The notes under the pieces: generated by a model
Seen by the model: the letters and a program-made list of their open reading frames with translations, nothing else
What the model was told of the DNA's origin: nothing
Database searches by the model: none
Assembly: GCA_902603305.1 (NCBI GenBank)
Contig: CACKUI010000001.1
Span: forward strand, 31,270 to 95,269
Direction of reading: 5' to 3'
DNA from: an uncultured Pelagibacteraceae bacterium
Lineage (GTDB): Bacteria > Pseudomonadota > Alphaproteobacteria > Pelagibacterales > Pelagibacteraceae
DNA length: 64,000 nucleotides
Made by a program: the position numbers and the translations under genes
In this document: piece by piece, positions 40,201 through 55,575 of the stretch
Position numbering within the stretch: the stretch's first letter is position 1
Layout: every line of letters begins with the position of its first letter

Positions 40201-40475
40201 TAAAAAATGGAATGAAATGTAGAAAAATCAACAAAGTAAGTAGTGGTAAACCACATATAGTTGATGTTTTAAATTCTAAAAAAATTGCTTTAGTTATAAA
40301 TACAGGTGGTGGAAATAGTGAAAGCAGAATTAATGATGCTGTAGCTCTAAGAAGAGGAACTTTAGCAAATAAAATTCCTTATTGTACTAACATGTCAACC
40401 GCATACTCTTTTTTGGAAGCAATAAACTCTCTTAAAACAAAGAAAATTAGTGTTAAAGCACTCCAAGAAAATTAG
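37251..40475 (+). CDS. carB: Carbamoyl-phosphate synthase large subunit
   Basis: [14 protein letters not shown], two ATP-grasp domains ([19 protein letters not shown]), MGS domain. Confidence 0.99.
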   Translation: MPKRKDIKKILVIGAGPIIIGQACEFDYSGTQACKALKDEGFAVVLINSNPATIMTDPGVADKTYIEPITLPVLEEVIKKEKPNAILPTMGGQTALNLAISAEKAGLLKKYKIELIGAKSKAIENAEDRKKFRKNMSDIGLDLPKSRIINHFKDAAKCLKEIGLPAIIRPSFTLGGLGGGIAKNKKDFFKLVKTGMNESPQNQVLIEESLEGWKEFEMEVVRDKKDNCIIICSIENVDPMGIHTGDSITVAPALTLTDKEYQVMRNASIACLRKIGVETGGSNVQFAINPRNGRMVIIEMNPRVSRSSALASKATGFPIAKVAAKLAVGYTLDELKNEITKVTPASFEPTIDYVVTKIPRFTFEKFSDTKVMLGTSMRSVGEAMAIGRNFKESFQKALVSLETGLSGLDNFFNYSRKDIIKNLKVNIPNRLLLIAEAFRKNISLDKIYKLSNVDPWFLNQIKDLVDEEKNIKKKGLPKTYNGFNRIKSIGFSDKKLSKITGIKEQIVRSKRVALKVLPVFKKVDTCAAEFKSFTPYMYSTYQRNFSLNTECESNPSNKKKIIILGGGPNRIGQGIEFDYCCCQASFSLKEAGFETIMVNCNPETVSTDYDTSDRLYFEPLIEEYVQNIILKEKSKGNLIGIIAQFGGQTPIKLAKFLHENELPILGTQYTSIDLAEDRDRFRDLLIKLKLKQAESGIANKFDQAIKISEKIGLPVVVRPSYVLGGRAMEIVHDKSQLKKFINEAFKASEQNPILIDKFIDHAMEVDVDAISDGKDVYVAGIMQHIEEAGVHSGDSACCLPPVSIKDNIIKEIKIQTRKLALALKVKGLLNIQFAIKKDEIFVIEVNPRASRTVPFVSKANGIPLAKIASRIMAGEKLSKYKLKYKTNKKFAVKEAVFPFNKFPDSDLLLGPEMKSTGEVMGFDDDFGMAIAKSQIAAANSLPTKGLAFLSVKDSHKQEIVGVAQRLIKLGFTLSATSGTAEILIKNGMKCRKINKVSSGKPHIVDVLNSKKIALVINTGGGNSESRINDAVALRRGTLANKIPYCTNMSTAYSFLEAINSLKTKKISVKALQEN

Positions 40476-41917
40476 GTATCGACGACCATAGTATCTTTAG
40501 ATCCTCCACCTTGTGAGCTATTAACTATAGTGCTTCCTTTTCTCAATGCAACTCTTGTTAGTCCACCTGTTGTGACATAAGTTGATTTACCATTTAATAC
40601 AAAAGGTCTTAAATCCAAATGTCTCGGCTCAATTCCATTTTCTGATATAGTTGGTGTTGTGGATAATATCTCTAAAGGTTGTGCAACAAAATCTCTAGGA
40701 TTCTTTTTAATTTTCTTTATAACTTCCTCTCTCTCTTTTTTAGGAGCCTTAGGTCCTATCATTATTCCGTAACCTCCAGAAGCATTTGCAGGTTTGACTA
40801 CTAGTTTAGAAATATTTTCAATTACATGCTGTCGATGAACCTTATCTTCGCAAAGAAATGTTTCAACTTGGTTTAATATTGGTTGTTCACCCAAATAATA
40901 GACGATCATTTTATTCACATAAGAGTAAACCGCCTTATCATCAGCTACACCGGTTCCAAGTGCATTAATTATTCCGACGTTCCCTTTTTTCCAACATTTA
41001 AACATACCGGGGACACCGATTAACGAATTTTTATTAAATACCTTAGGGTCAAGAAACGTGTCATCTAATCTTCTATAAATACAATCAACTTTTAATTTTC
41101 CTTTAACTGTTTTCATATAAACATAATCATTTTCAACGAATAAATCTTTACCCTCAACTAAAGCTATGCCCATCTGCTCAGCTAAAAAGGAATGTTCAAA
41201 GTATGCCGAATTATAAATTCCAGGGGTTAAAACCACCATATGAGGGTTATCAGTTTTTTTTGGTATACACTCGATCATGCTTTGATAAAGTTTATTTGAA
41301 TATTGATGAATGGATGCAACCTTATATCTTGTAAATAATTCTGGAAATACATCACGCATCACCATTCTATTTTCTAACATATAAGAAACTCCAGATGGAA
41401 CACGTAAATTATCTTCAAGAACTAAATATTCTCCATTTATATTCCTAATTAAATCTACACCTGAGATATTTGCCCACGCTTTAAATTTTGGAGAAATTCC
41501 ATCACATTCTTTAAGATAATATGGTGAGTTAAAGATTAAGTTTTTTGGTACCACTTTATCTTTAAAAATTTTTTTCTTATTATAGACATCATCAATAAAC
41601 AAGTTTAATGCTTTTACCCTTTGAACTAAGCCTCTAGAAATTTTATTCCATTGTGTCTTAGGAATTATTCGAGGAATAATATCTAATGGCCATTTTTTTT
41701 CCTCAGCTCTATTGTTTGCTGCATAAACTCTAAAATTTATTCCTCTAGCACTTATCGTACTTTGACAATTTTTTTCAATTTCTTGGAGTTTTTTAGTTCC
41801 ATGTCTTTCTAAAATACCAGACATTATTCTTGCGTGTTTTCTAAGCTTATTATCTTCCGTTAAATATCCATCATAAGCGGATTTAGCATCGTAGTTTTTC
41901 CAAAATGAAGTTACCAT
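40472..41917 (-). CDS. Circularly permuted type 2 ATP-grasp protein (putative peptide ligase)
   Basis: [80 protein letters not shown]. Confidence 0.92.
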   Translation of the reverse strand: MVTSFWKNYDAKSAYDGYLTEDNKLRKHARIMSGILERHGTKKLQEIEKNCQSTISARGINFRVYAANNRAEEKKWPLDIIPRIIPKTQWNKISRGLVQRVKALNLFIDDVYNKKKIFKDKVVPKNLIFNSPYYLKECDGISPKFKAWANISGVDLIRNINGEYLVLEDNLRVPSGVSYMLENRMVMRDVFPELFTRYKVASIHQYSNKLYQSMIECIPKKTDNPHMVVLTPGIYNSAYFEHSFLAEQMGIALVEGKDLFVENDYVYMKTVKGKLKVDCIYRRLDDTFLDPKVFNKNSLIGVPGMFKCWKKGNVGIINALGTGVADDKAVYSYVNKMIVYYLGEQPILNQVETFLCEDKVHRQHVIENISKLVVKPANASGGYGIMIGPKAPKKEREEVIKKIKKNPRDFVAQPLEILSTTPTISENGIEPRHLDLRPFVLNGKSTYVTTGGLTRVALRKGSTIVNSSQGGGSKDTMVVDT

Positions 41918-42024
41918 ACTTAAGATTTTTTATTAAATAAATTTGCAAAACAAATGCTAATATTAAATATCAGCTATGACATAAAAGGTTTGAAAAATAT
42001 GGCTTTTTTAAATAAGAATTGGTA

Positions 42025-42750
42025 ATGACATATTGTATAGGAATTAAAACAAACGAAGGATTGGTATTTGCATCAGACTCGAGAACTAATGCAGGTTTAG
42101 ATAACGTAAATATATATTCTAAAATGTTTACACATGATGTTGGGGATAGAACAATAGTAATTGTTACATCAGGAAATTTAGGAACATCACAGGCAGTCTA
42201 TAAATCAATAGAAAAAGATTTAGGTAGTTCATCTGGAATAATGAATTTAAATACTTGCAAAGATTTTGAACAAATAGCTTCTTATGTAGGTGCATTAAAT
42301 ATAGAACATTCATCTCCTCAAGGAATAAATACAGATAATGTTCTTTTAGGTTCTACTTTTATAATTGGTGGACAAATTAAAGGTCAAAGGCCAGAGTTAT
42401 ATTTGATTTACCCACAAGGAAATTACATACGACCAGCAGACAGTAAACCCTATCTTGTTATTGGAGAGGTTAAATATGGAAAACCAATACTTGATAGAGT
42501 TATAAAACCAAATGTTTCAATTGGAGATGCATCTAGGTGTGCTTTGATATCAATGGACTCAACATTAAAAAGTGACCTTACTGTGGGTCCACCAATAGAT
42601 TTTGCCATATATAAAAAAGATGAAAATAAATTAGCCTCTTTGAAATGTTTAAGTTTAAATGATGAGGATTATTCAAAAGTTTGTAATACCTGGTCTGAGG
42701 GGATTTTTAAAGTCTTTGATACATTTCCAAGGTTCGATTGGGAAAATTAA
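42025..42750 (+). CDS. Anbu proteasome-type (Ntn-hydrolase) peptidase
   Basis: MTYCIG (N-terminal Thr nucleophile), SDSRTNAGLD, GGQI, YPQGN, IGE.KYGKPILDR, SMDST.KS.LTVGPP. Start set at ATG 42025. Confidence 0.92.
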   Translation: MTYCIGIKTNEGLVFASDSRTNAGLDNVNIYSKMFTHDVGDRTIVIVTSGNLGTSQAVYKSIEKDLGSSSGIMNLNTCKDFEQIASYVGALNIEHSSPQGINTDNVLLGSTFIIGGQIKGQRPELYLIYPQGNYIRPADSKPYLVIGEVKYGKPILDRVIKPNVSIGDASRCALISMDSTLKSDLTVGPPIDFAIYKKDENKLASLKCLSLNDEDYSKVCNTWSEGIFKVFDTFPRFDWEN

Positions 42751-43415
42751 CTATCTACTTTCCAATCTGTTTCAAAAGTAACATAATTAACTTGTAAACA
42801 TCTTCTCTCTTTGATTATTTCTTTTTTTTCCATCCCATGCCACGTATCAGGGCCACTTGAAAAAAAATATCCATAATTGTCTTTATAAGGCAATGTTTTT
42901 ATGAGATTTAAATTATTGTCATAAAAATCTGTTCCCAAATCCTCACTTTCATTATGTTTATTTACAAATAGCAAACAAGACATAAGTTTCTCTTTTATAT
43001 CACAATGTGGTTTTAACCAGAAACCTTCTCGATCACAAATTACTTCGACTCTCACATATGAATTTGATAAATCTTTATTGATTAATTCAGATATTTTTTG
43101 ATAGGTTTTTTTATTCTGAAGTTCTTTGATTAAATTGGTAAGTCCAGGGAATTCATTTGAATTTTCCTTAGTTACAAAACATCTAAATTTTAAGGCCTTT
43201 CCTCCATCTGAAATTCCTTCTCTAAATTTTCCTTCTCCTCCATCAATTGCTCTAGTGCCATCGTAATTAAGATTATGTTTTGCAGGATCAGAAATATCTG
43301 CTGTTATTATCTCATTTATTTGAATATCAGTGAGGGGTTTGTTTAACTCCCAATGTACAAATGGACTATCAAATTTTTTTGAATTATTAAGTATCGAATT
43401 TAAATAGGACATCAA
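42747..43415 (-). CDS. 2-oxoglutarate/Fe(II)-dependent oxygenase family protein
   Basis: HxD (PHCD), GTDFY, distal His (WHG), R..LQVNY. Confidence 0.85.
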   Translation of the reverse strand: MMSYLNSILNNSKKFDSPFVHWELNKPLTDIQINEIITADISDPAKHNLNYDGTRAIDGGEGKFREGISDGGKALKFRCFVTKENSNEFPGLTNLIKELQNKKTYQKISELINKDLSNSYVRVEVICDREGFWLKPHCDIKEKLMSCLLFVNKHNESEDLGTDFYDNNLNLIKTLPYKDNYGYFFSSGPDTWHGMEKKEIIKERRCLQVNYVTFETDWKVDS

Positions 43416-44356
43416 TTATTTATTTTCTCTTTAATAATTTTCGCAACCCTATTAGTTTCATCAAGTTTTTCATAGGTCCAAGTTTCTATTTCTTCTCCGA
43501 GGTTTCTTGTAATATTTAATTCTCTAAATAAATTTCTAAATCTTTGAAATCTTATATCATTTTTTCTGGGTAAAATATTTGCAATATAAACGGGTTTTCC
43601 AGTTAAGGCAGCCTCAGAAATCATTGAACTAGAGTCGCAAGTTACTATTATATTCTCAGATATAGCCAATGCAGATAAGTAAGCTTTTTTATCAACATTC
43701 ATTATAACTGTGTGATTTTCACCAAAAAATTCTTTTGCATAATGAATAGTATTTAATGGTGTTCTCATTGATGGGATAACAACAATTTGAAAATCATGTT
43801 TTTTTAAAAGTTTATAAAAAATTGAAAAAATATGTTTCATATTCTTAGTTGAATAGTCGTAGTATTTTGTTGGACCACCCATTATTAAACACCAAATTTT
43901 TCTATGGTCTTTTTTTATGAAGGCATTTAGATAATCCTTACTCTCTAATATTTCATTTTCTGAAAGGTAATGGAGGGCTCCTTTTGTGGTAATAACATTA
44001 GATCCATTAATTCCATCATGCTCTGGTGCAACTATAAAATCAAAGTAATTAAAGTTTATTTTTGGGTCTTGAATATGAATATTAGAGACTTTTTTATTTG
44101 AAATACTTTTCAAATGAATAGATGGAATTATACTTTTTCTTCCGCAAGATATAATTAAATCATAATCTGATTGATTAATTTTTTTATATACTCTTTGAGA
44201 AATTGGCGTAAATTTTGGTGGAATTAACTTCCATAAATTATTTAGTTCAACCTTATGGTGAGTAAAATCTATATTCAAAGCTTTAGCTAAGCCTTCAACC
44301 TGGCTCAGCATTCCGTGCATACCCTCGGTCAATAAAATACCTTTTAATTTGCTCAT
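43412..44356 (-). CDS. ELM1 (mitochondrial-fission ELM1 / DUF1022) family protein
   Basis: GM.SQ..GLA, ISCGRKS, IQDP, FDFIVAPEHD, MGGP, S.RTP, VTCDSSSMISEA..TGKPV. Confidence 0.88.
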   Translation of the reverse strand: MSKLKGILLTEGMHGMLSQVEGLAKALNIDFTHHKVELNNLWKLIPPKFTPISQRVYKKINQSDYDLIISCGRKSIIPSIHLKSISNKKVSNIHIQDPKINFNYFDFIVAPEHDGINGSNVITTKGALHYLSENEILESKDYLNAFIKKDHRKIWCLIMGGPTKYYDYSTKNMKHIFSIFYKLLKKHDFQIVVIPSMRTPLNTIHYAKEFFGENHTVIMNVDKKAYLSALAISENIIVTCDSSSMISEAALTGKPVYIANILPRKNDIRFQRFRNLFRELNITRNLGEEIETWTYEKLDETNRVAKIIKEKINN

Positions 44357-44376
44357 TATTAACTATATAGACCTCT

Positions 44377-45324
44377 ATGAGTGAAAAACCAACTAAACAT
44401 ACAAAAGTGTTAATAATTGGATCTGGTCCAGCAGGCTACACTGCTGCAGTTTATGCAGCAAGAGCTATGCTGAAACCAATGCTAGTTGCAGGTATGCAGC
44501 CAGGTGGTCAACTAACAATTACAACTGATGTTGAGAACTATCCAGGTTTTGCTGATGTTATACAAGGACCATGGTTAATGGAACAAATGAGAGAGCAAGC
44601 AAAAGCAGTAGGAACTGATTTAGTTGAGGATCATATTCAATCAGTAAATCTAAAATCTAAACCTTTTGAAGCAATAGGAGATGGTGGACAAAAATATACT
44701 GCAGACTCAATTATTATTTCAACAGGTGCACAAGCAAGATGGTTAAATATTGAGTCAGAAGAAAAATTTAAAGGGTTTGGAGTTTCGGCATGTGCAACAT
44801 GCGATGGTTTCTTTTTTAAAGATAAAACAGTTGCAGTAGTTGGTGGTGGTAATGCAGCAGTTGAGGAGGCAATGTTTCTAACAAAATTTGCATCAAAAGT
44901 ACAATTAATTCACAGAAGAAATGAACTAAGAGCAGAAAAACTTTTACAAAAAAAATTAATGGAAAATAAAAAAATTGAGATTATTTGGGACTCTGTTGTT
45001 GAAGAAGTAACAGGTGATAGTGAACCAAAAAATGTAAAAGGTTTGAGAATTAAAAATGTTAAAACTAATGAAACATCAGAATTAAAAATAGATGGTTTGT
45101 TTATAGCTATTGGCCACGATCCTGCAACTGCACTTTTTAAGGATCAATTAGAAATGGACAATACAGGATATTTAATTACTAAAAGTGATTCTACAGAAAC
45201 AAATATTCCGGGTGTTTATGCTGCTGGAGATGTTAAAGATAAAATTTATCGGCAAGCTGTAACAGCAGCAGGAATGGGCTGTATGGCTGCATTAGAAGCT
45301 GAGAAATATTTGGCTTCAAATTAG
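44377..45324 (+). CDS. trxB: Thioredoxin reductase
   Basis: GSGPAG, GGQL, CATCDG, GGGNAAVEEA, AGDV..YRQAVTAAG.GC. Confidence 0.98.
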   Translation: MSEKPTKHTKVLIIGSGPAGYTAAVYAARAMLKPMLVAGMQPGGQLTITTDVENYPGFADVIQGPWLMEQMREQAKAVGTDLVEDHIQSVNLKSKPFEAIGDGGQKYTADSIIISTGAQARWLNIESEEKFKGFGVSACATCDGFFFKDKTVAVVGGGNAAVEEAMFLTKFASKVQLIHRRNELRAEKLLQKKLMENKKIEIIWDSVVEEVTGDSEPKNVKGLRIKNVKTNETSELKIDGLFIAIGHDPATALFKDQLEMDNTGYLITKSDSTETNIPGVYAAGDVKDKIYRQAVTAAGMGCMAALEAEKYLASN

Positions 45325-45348
45325 TTAAATATAATCTATAAGAGTTAA

Positions 45349-45732
45349 ATGGAAAATATTGTTAAGCAAATACAATTATTGGCGTTAGTAATAATCCTTA
45401 TAGCTACAATAATTGCATTTGGTATAGAAGTTTATCAAATGATTTCCATTCAAAAAGTTACACTTGCTGATCTGTTACTACTCTTTCTATACTTAGAGGT
45501 ATTGGCTATGGTTAGAGTATTTTGGGAAAGTCAATCAATTCAAATTACCTTGCCATTATTTATTGCGATAACTGCCTTATCAAGATTTATTATTTTGCAA
45601 GGAAAATCAATAAATCCAGAAGTATTACTATATGAAGCTGGAGCAATTGTTTTAATTGCTATAGCAATACTTGTTTTAAGATTTAGAAATTCACCATTAT
45701 TTGGTTTAGAAAAAAAGAAAAAAACTAAATAG
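45349..45732 (+). CDS. PsiE-family (phosphate-starvation-inducible E) membrane protein
   Basis: Four TM helices, DLLLLFLYLE, P.FIAITALSR. Confidence 0.8.
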   Translation: MENIVKQIQLLALVIILIATIIAFGIEVYQMISIQKVTLADLLLLFLYLEVLAMVRVFWESQSIQITLPLFIAITALSRFIILQGKSINPEVLLYEAGAIVLIAIAILVLRFRNSPLFGLEKKKKTK

Positions 45733-45744
45733 TTTATTCACCAT

Positions 45745-50135
<4,391 letters not shown>

Positions 50136-50154
<19 letters not shown>

Positions 50155-50891
50155 TTATTACAGGTGGAGCTACAAGAATTGGAGCTGCTATAGCTAGAAA
50201 ACTTTCTGGCAAAGGAATAGAAATTGTTATTCATTTTAATAAATCAAAAATAAAGGCAGAAAATCTTAAAAAAGAACTATCGCAAAATGGTACAAAAGTT
50301 TATTTAGTCAAGGGGGATCTAAGTATAGAAAAAGATGTAAATAAAATTATTAAGTTTGCAAAAAATAAACTTAAATATTTTGACTGTCTGATAAATAATG
50401 CATCACTTTTTGAAAACGATAAATTAGAGAATTTTACAACTGATAGTTGGGGGTATCACTTAAGAACTAATTTAAGAACACCTGCTCTTCTATCAAAAGA
50501 ATTTGCTAAAAATATTAGAGCAAAAAATAACAATATTATTAATATAATTGATCAAAGAGTATTTAAACTAACACCATACTTTTTTTCTTACACTATCAGT
50601 AAAACAGGTCTTTATACTTTAACCAAGACTAGTGCAATGAGCTTAGCACCAAATATAAGAGTTAATGGAATTGCACCTGGTCCTACAATTAAAAATAAGA
50701 GACAAAGTGAAAAGCATTTTAAAAAACAATACATGGCTACACCCCTGAAAAGACAAGTAGATGTTGACCAAGTATGCAATGCAGTTGATTTTTTTATAAA
50801 AAATATATCTATTACAGGACAAGTCTTAGCTATTGATAGTGGACAAAGCTTAAATTGGCAAACTCCAGATATAATGGGAGGGAAAGAATGA
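50136..50891 (+). CDS. SDR oxidoreductase, FolM/pteridine reductase-like
   Basis: [31 protein letters not shown]; upstream of folB. Confidence 0.85.
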
Positions 50892-51808
50892 AAAGTTTAT
50901 GTTTATTTTTATCAGTATTTATTCTGACTATATCATCGTCATTAGCAGACAGTCATAACATTAAGAAAGACGGATTTTTATCAAAGAAATTTAAAGTAAC
51001 AAAATTATCTACAATTGAAGATCCAGATAATAAGATAATTTTAATCAATAATCATGGTCAAAGTAATTTTGATGGAAAACAAAACTTTTGTACATCTATT
51101 GATCAAATTAGAAACCGTGTTTCATTAATAGATGAAGAAATAAATGGAAAAAAAATTATGCTTTATAATTTGTGTGCTCATAAAATTTCAGGTGACATGG
51201 GAAAAAAGTGGTGGTTTTCAAAAAAACCATATGAGGGCAAGTCAAAATTAGATAAAAGAGTAGAACAAAATTTACAGTTGATAGAAAAACTCGTTTCTCT
51301 TGGTGTTCCTAGAAAACAAATATTTGTCACTGGACATTCTTGTGGTGGATTAACAACACTACTATTCTTTTCAAGACATCCTGATAAAGCTGGAGGAGGA
51401 ATAGCCTATATGCAAGCGTGCTTTGATAGACTAAGTAAGAAGTATAAGGTAGCAAAATTAGGAGTAGATGTAGGTTTGGCAAAATTTAAAGAAAAGAAAC
51501 CTGCACAATACGAATTAAGGGCACAGTATAATGATGAAATATTAAATAATTTAAAAGTTCCATTATTGGCTTTTACTCATCCAAAAGACCCTTTTGAAGG
51601 ATTGACTTCTGATTGGTTGGATCAAATTGATGGCATGAAAAGAGTCGTGATATCTAAAGATTACACAATTGATGGAAAAAAATGTTTTAAATTAGGGAAA
51701 CAAAAATCAGATAAATTTAAAGTTAAAGATGGACATAGTATGGATCAGGCAACCTGTTTTCAATATTACAATCCAGTTATATTAGAATATATTGAGTCTA
51801 GAATATGA
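50888..51808 (+). CDS. Secreted alpha/beta-hydrolase-fold protein
   Basis: Signal peptide [23 protein letters not shown] oxyanion segment, GHSCGG nucleophile elbow, KDPF and GHS as candidate Asp/His. Start at the ATGA overlap. Confidence 0.75.
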   Translation: MKSLCLFLSVFILTISSSLADSHNIKKDGFLSKKFKVTKLSTIEDPDNKIILINNHGQSNFDGKQNFCTSIDQIRNRVSLIDEEINGKKIMLYNLCAHKISGDMGKKWWFSKKPYEGKSKLDKRVEQNLQLIEKLVSLGVPRKQIFVTGHSCGGLTTLLFFSRHPDKAGGGIAYMQACFDRLSKKYKVAKLGVDVGLAKFKEKKPAQYELRAQYNDEILNNLKVPLLAFTHPKDPFEGLTSDWLDQIDGMKRVVISKDYTIDGKKCFKLGKQKSDKFKVKDGHSMDQATCFQYYNPVILEYIESRI

Positions 51809-52230
51809 AAAGAAATAGTTTAAAAATTGTTAAGATCGATAAAAATAAAAAACTTTTCAATTACGAAAAAAAAGTACTTATTAAAGAACTTATTTTGAAT
51901 TTGAAACTTGGATATTTTGATTTTGAAAAAGAGGCTCCCCAAAAAGTTAAATTTAATTTAGATGTAAACTACGAAGATAAAAAACCATCAAATGATAGGG
52001 ATATAAAATCAATAGTTAATTATTCAAAAATTGTAAGATTAATAAAAAAACTTGTTAAAAATAAACACTATAATTTTCTTGAAACATTGGCGGAAGATGT
52101 ATTCGATGAGCTATTCAAAGATAAAAGAATTGATAAAATAAGCCTTCAAATTGAGAAATTAGAAATTATGAAAGATTGCTCTTCCGTAGGTATTCAAATT
52201 TCAAAAAAAAGAAGTCATGATAAGTTCTGA
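51805..52230 (+). CDS. folB: Dihydroneopterin aldolase
   Basis: LG.FDFEK..PQKV, VNY, FLETLAE, IEK, VGIQI. Confidence 0.88.
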   Translation: MKRNSLKIVKIDKNKKLFNYEKKVLIKELILNLKLGYFDFEKEAPQKVKFNLDVNYEDKKPSNDRDIKSIVNYSKIVRLIKKLVKNKHYNFLETLAEDVFDELFKDKRIDKISLQIEKLEIMKDCSSVGIQISKKRSHDKF

Positions 52231-54052
52231 TATAGGCAAAGAAGCAATTAAAAAAGAGCTACCACTAATACCCAAACTTCCTGGTGTATACAGGATGTTA
52301 AATGAAAAAAATGTAATACTTTATGTTGGTAAAGCAAAAAATTTACCCAATAGATTAAAGAGTTATGTTTCAGAGAAAAATCATATTATTAGAACTGAGA
52401 GAATGCTATCTCAAACAAGGAAAATTGAAATCACAAGTACTTCAAATGAGAGTGAAGCACTTCTCCTAGAGGCAAACTTAATAAAAAAATATAAACCGAA
52501 ATTCAATATACTTTTACGAGACGATAAATCGTTTCCATTCATTTTTATTGGTAATGAAGATAAATGGCCTCAGATTAGACGTCATAGAGGAAAAAAAACT
52601 AAAGAGGGCTTTTATTTTGGACCTTTTGCCTCTGCTGGTTCTGCAAACTGGACAATCAAAATGATCCAGAAAATTTTTCAACTAAGAGTTTGTGACGATA
52701 CAGTATTTAAAAAAAGAGAAAGGCCTTGCATACTTTATCAAATTAAGAGATGTTCTGGGCCATGTGTTGGATATATAGAAAAGGATGAATATAAACTATC
52801 TGTAGACAACGCTATTGAATTTGTATCAGGCAAATCTAGGAAAATTCAAAAAAATTTATCAAACCAAATGGAAAAAGCTAGTGAAGATTTGGATTTTGAA
52901 AAAGCTGCAATATTAAGAGATAGAATAAAATCATTAAATATTATTCAGTCATCACAAAGAATTAATGAAGCTAATTTAGTAGAAGCAGATGTTATAGCTG
53001 GCTACAAAGAGTCTGGAAAAACTTGCATACAGGTTTTTTTTTACAGATCAAAACAAAACTGGGGCAATCAAGCCTTTTTTCCAAAACATGATCCAGATGA
53101 TAACATAAAAGAAATTCTTAATTCTTTCTTATCACAATTCTATGAAAACAAAAGTGTACCAAGTTCAATAATTTTAAGTGAAGATATTAAAGAAAAAGTT
53201 TTAATTGAAAAAACACTTTCACAAAAGGAGAATAAAGAAATAAATATTTCAGTAGCAAAAAAAGGATCTAAACTAAAAGTTATAAATCAAGCACTCAAAA
53301 ATGCAAAAGATAGTTTAAATCGAAAAATTTATGAGAGCCAAAATAATAAAGAACTTTTTGATAATGTTTCTAAAAAATTTGATTTAGAAAATAATATTAA
53401 TTTAGTCGAAGTTTATGACAACAGTCATATTCAGGGAACTAATAGTGTAGGCGCACTAATTACATATGGTGAGGAAGGTTTTATAAAAAAAAGATATAGA
53501 AAATTTAATATTAAGATTAAAAAGAATGAACAAGATGATTATGGAATGATGCGTGAGGTTTTAAACAGAAGATTTAAAAGGGCTGTTCAAGAGAAAGATA
53601 ATTATTTAACTATGCCAGACTTAGTAATAATCGATGGAGGAAAAGGACAATACTCTGTAGCAAGAGAAACACTTAATGAATTAGGACTGCATGATATTCC
53701 TATGATAGCAATTGCAAAAGGTAAATATAGAAATAGTGGAAATGAAACTTTTTTTCATAATGGTAAAGAGTTTAAATTCGAAAAGAATGATCCTACTCTT
53801 TTTTTCTTACAAAGATTGAGAGATGAGTCCCATAGATTTGCAATAAGCGCTCATAGAGCTAAGAGGAAAAAGGGTATTAGTAAGTCTTTACTTGATCAAA
53901 TTGATGGAATTGGATCTATAAGAAAAAGAGCTCTTTTAAATCACTTTGGATCAGCAAGAGCTGTTGAATCAGCTAGCTTAGATGAGATCAAAACAGTTGA
54001 AGGAGTTGAAGAAAAAGTTGCCAAAAAGATATATAATTTCTTTCACGAATGA
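52217..54052 (+). CDS. uvrC: Excinuclease ABC subunit C
   Basis: GIY-YIG ([13 protein letters not shown]), Cys cluster, [20 protein letters not shown], HhH. Confidence 0.98.
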   Translation: MISSDIGKEAIKKELPLIPKLPGVYRMLNEKNVILYVGKAKNLPNRLKSYVSEKNHIIRTERMLSQTRKIEITSTSNESEALLLEANLIKKYKPKFNILLRDDKSFPFIFIGNEDKWPQIRRHRGKKTKEGFYFGPFASAGSANWTIKMIQKIFQLRVCDDTVFKKRERPCILYQIKRCSGPCVGYIEKDEYKLSVDNAIEFVSGKSRKIQKNLSNQMEKASEDLDFEKAAILRDRIKSLNIIQSSQRINEANLVEADVIAGYKESGKTCIQVFFYRSKQNWGNQAFFPKHDPDDNIKEILNSFLSQFYENKSVPSSIILSEDIKEKVLIEKTLSQKENKEINISVAKKGSKLKVINQALKNAKDSLNRKIYESQNNKELFDNVSKKFDLENNINLVEVYDNSHIQGTNSVGALITYGEEGFIKKRYRKFNIKIKKNEQDDYGMMREVLNRRFKRAVQEKDNYLTMPDLVIIDGGKGQYSVARETLNELGLHDIPMIAIAKGKYRNSGNETFFHNGKEFKFEKNDPTLFFLQRLRDESHRFAISAHRAKRKKGISKSLLDQIDGIGSIRKRALLNHFGSARAVESASLDEIKTVEGVEEKVAKKIYNFFHE

Positions 54053-54633
54053 AAATCAAAATTCCAAATTATCTAACAATAGGTAGAATTATTATTGTAC
54101 CTATATTTGTTTTTACATTTTATTTACCAGGATTTTATGGAGATGTAATTCCGTTTGCTTTATTTGTGATTGCTTCATTTACAGACTTCTTGGATGGATT
54201 ATTGGCAAGGATGTTCAAAGAGGAGTCTAAACTTGGTGAATTATTAGATCCAATTGCTGATAAAATTATAGTAGCAACTGCATTAATATTGCTTGTAATG
54301 GATGGTACTATTAAAAACTTTGAAGTAATTGCCGCAATCATAATACTAACTAGAGAAATATTGATTTCTGGTTTAAGAGAATTTTTAGCAAAAGGAAGAG
54401 TTAAACTTCCTGTCTCAAGTTTAGCAAAAGTAAAAACATTTCTTCAAATGTTTTCAATTTCTATTTTACTAACTGGTGAAACAGGAAATAAAATTATTAA
54501 TTTTCAAGACTATAATGCTCAAACAATTGGCATAATTTTATTATGGCTTTCTGCTTTTCTTACATTATACACTGGATACGAATATTTAAGAAAAGGTATT
54601 GACCATGCAATATCTGAAGATAATAAAAATTAA
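54049..54633 (+). CDS. pgsA: CDP-diacylglycerol--glycerol-3-phosphate 3-phosphatidyltransferase
   Basis: [32 protein letters not shown]; follows uvrC. Confidence 0.96.
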   Translation: MKIKIPNYLTIGRIIIVPIFVFTFYLPGFYGDVIPFALFVIASFTDFLDGLLARMFKEESKLGELLDPIADKIIVATALILLVMDGTIKNFEVIAAIIILTREILISGLREFLAKGRVKLPVSSLAKVKTFLQMFSISILLTGETGNKIINFQDYNAQTIGIILLWLSAFLTLYTGYEYLRKGIDHAISEDNKN

Positions 54634-55514
54634 GCAGCAGCTCTTTTTTTTCTTACTAGTTTTCCATAGCTAGACAATAAGTCTAAAATAACATCGCAAA
54701 CTTTGTAATTGTTTTCTGCAATTTGTGAAATTGGTGTAATTTCGGCAGCTGTACCAGTTAAAAAACAACCCTCAAAGTTTCTTAATTCTTCAGGTTTTAT
54801 TTTTCTTTCATGAACTTTAATATTTTTTGATTTAGCTAATTCAATTACAGTTTGTCTTGTTATACCATTTAAAAAAGAATCAGGAATTGGGGTATGAAGT
54901 TCTCCATTTTTATCTTTAAAAAATATATTTGCACTTGTGGACTCAGCAACATTATCCTCATGGTCCAACATTAACGATTCGCTATATCCTTGTCTTTCTG
55001 CTTCGTGCTTGGAAAGTGTACAAATCATGTATAAACCTGCTGCTTTACTATCCCATGGAATAGTATTTGGCGCGGGTCTACGCCAATTAGAAATATTTAA
55101 TTTAATTCCTTCAGTTTTCAACTTAGGGTCGAAATAGTCGCCCCACTCCCAAGTAGCGATTGCAACATTAATATTTGTTTTTTGAGCTGAGACACCCATC
55201 ATTTCACTTCCTCTCCAAGCAAAAGGTCTTACGTAACCATTTTGGACATTTTGTATTTTAATTATTTGATTGCAAGCTTTGTTAATTTCATCTTTTGTGT
55301 AAGGAATTGTAATATCCATTCTTTTAGCTGAGTGATAAAGTCTATCTGTATGATCTTCTAATTTAAAGATCTCACTATCATAAACTCTTAGCCCCTCAAA
55401 AACTAAGCTAGCATAATGTAGACCATGACTTATGACATGAAGTTTAGCATCTTGCCATTCTACAAGATCACCATTGTACCAGATTTTTCCTTCTCTTTTA
55501 TCGTAAGGTATCAT
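54630..55514 (-). CDS. ilvE: Branched-chain amino acid aminotransferase
   Basis: HGLHYAS.VFEG, YVRP, KAAGLY, ESTSANIF, GITR, GTAAE. Confidence 0.95.
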   Translation of the reverse strand: MIPYDKREGKIWYNGDLVEWQDAKLHVISHGLHYASLVFEGLRVYDSEIFKLEDHTDRLYHSAKRMDITIPYTKDEINKACNQIIKIQNVQNGYVRPFAWRGSEMMGVSAQKTNINVAIATWEWGDYFDPKLKTEGIKLNISNWRRPAPNTIPWDSKAAGLYMICTLSKHEAERQGYSESLMLDHEDNVAESTSANIFFKDKNGELHTPIPDSFLNGITRQTVIELAKSKNIKVHERKIKPEELRNFEGCFLTGTAAEITPISQIAENNYKVCDVILDLLSSYGKLVRKKRAAA

Positions 55515-55575
55515 TTGATTTATTTTTTAGAAAAAATATCTTTGTATATATAATATGTCAATATAACTTACCATT

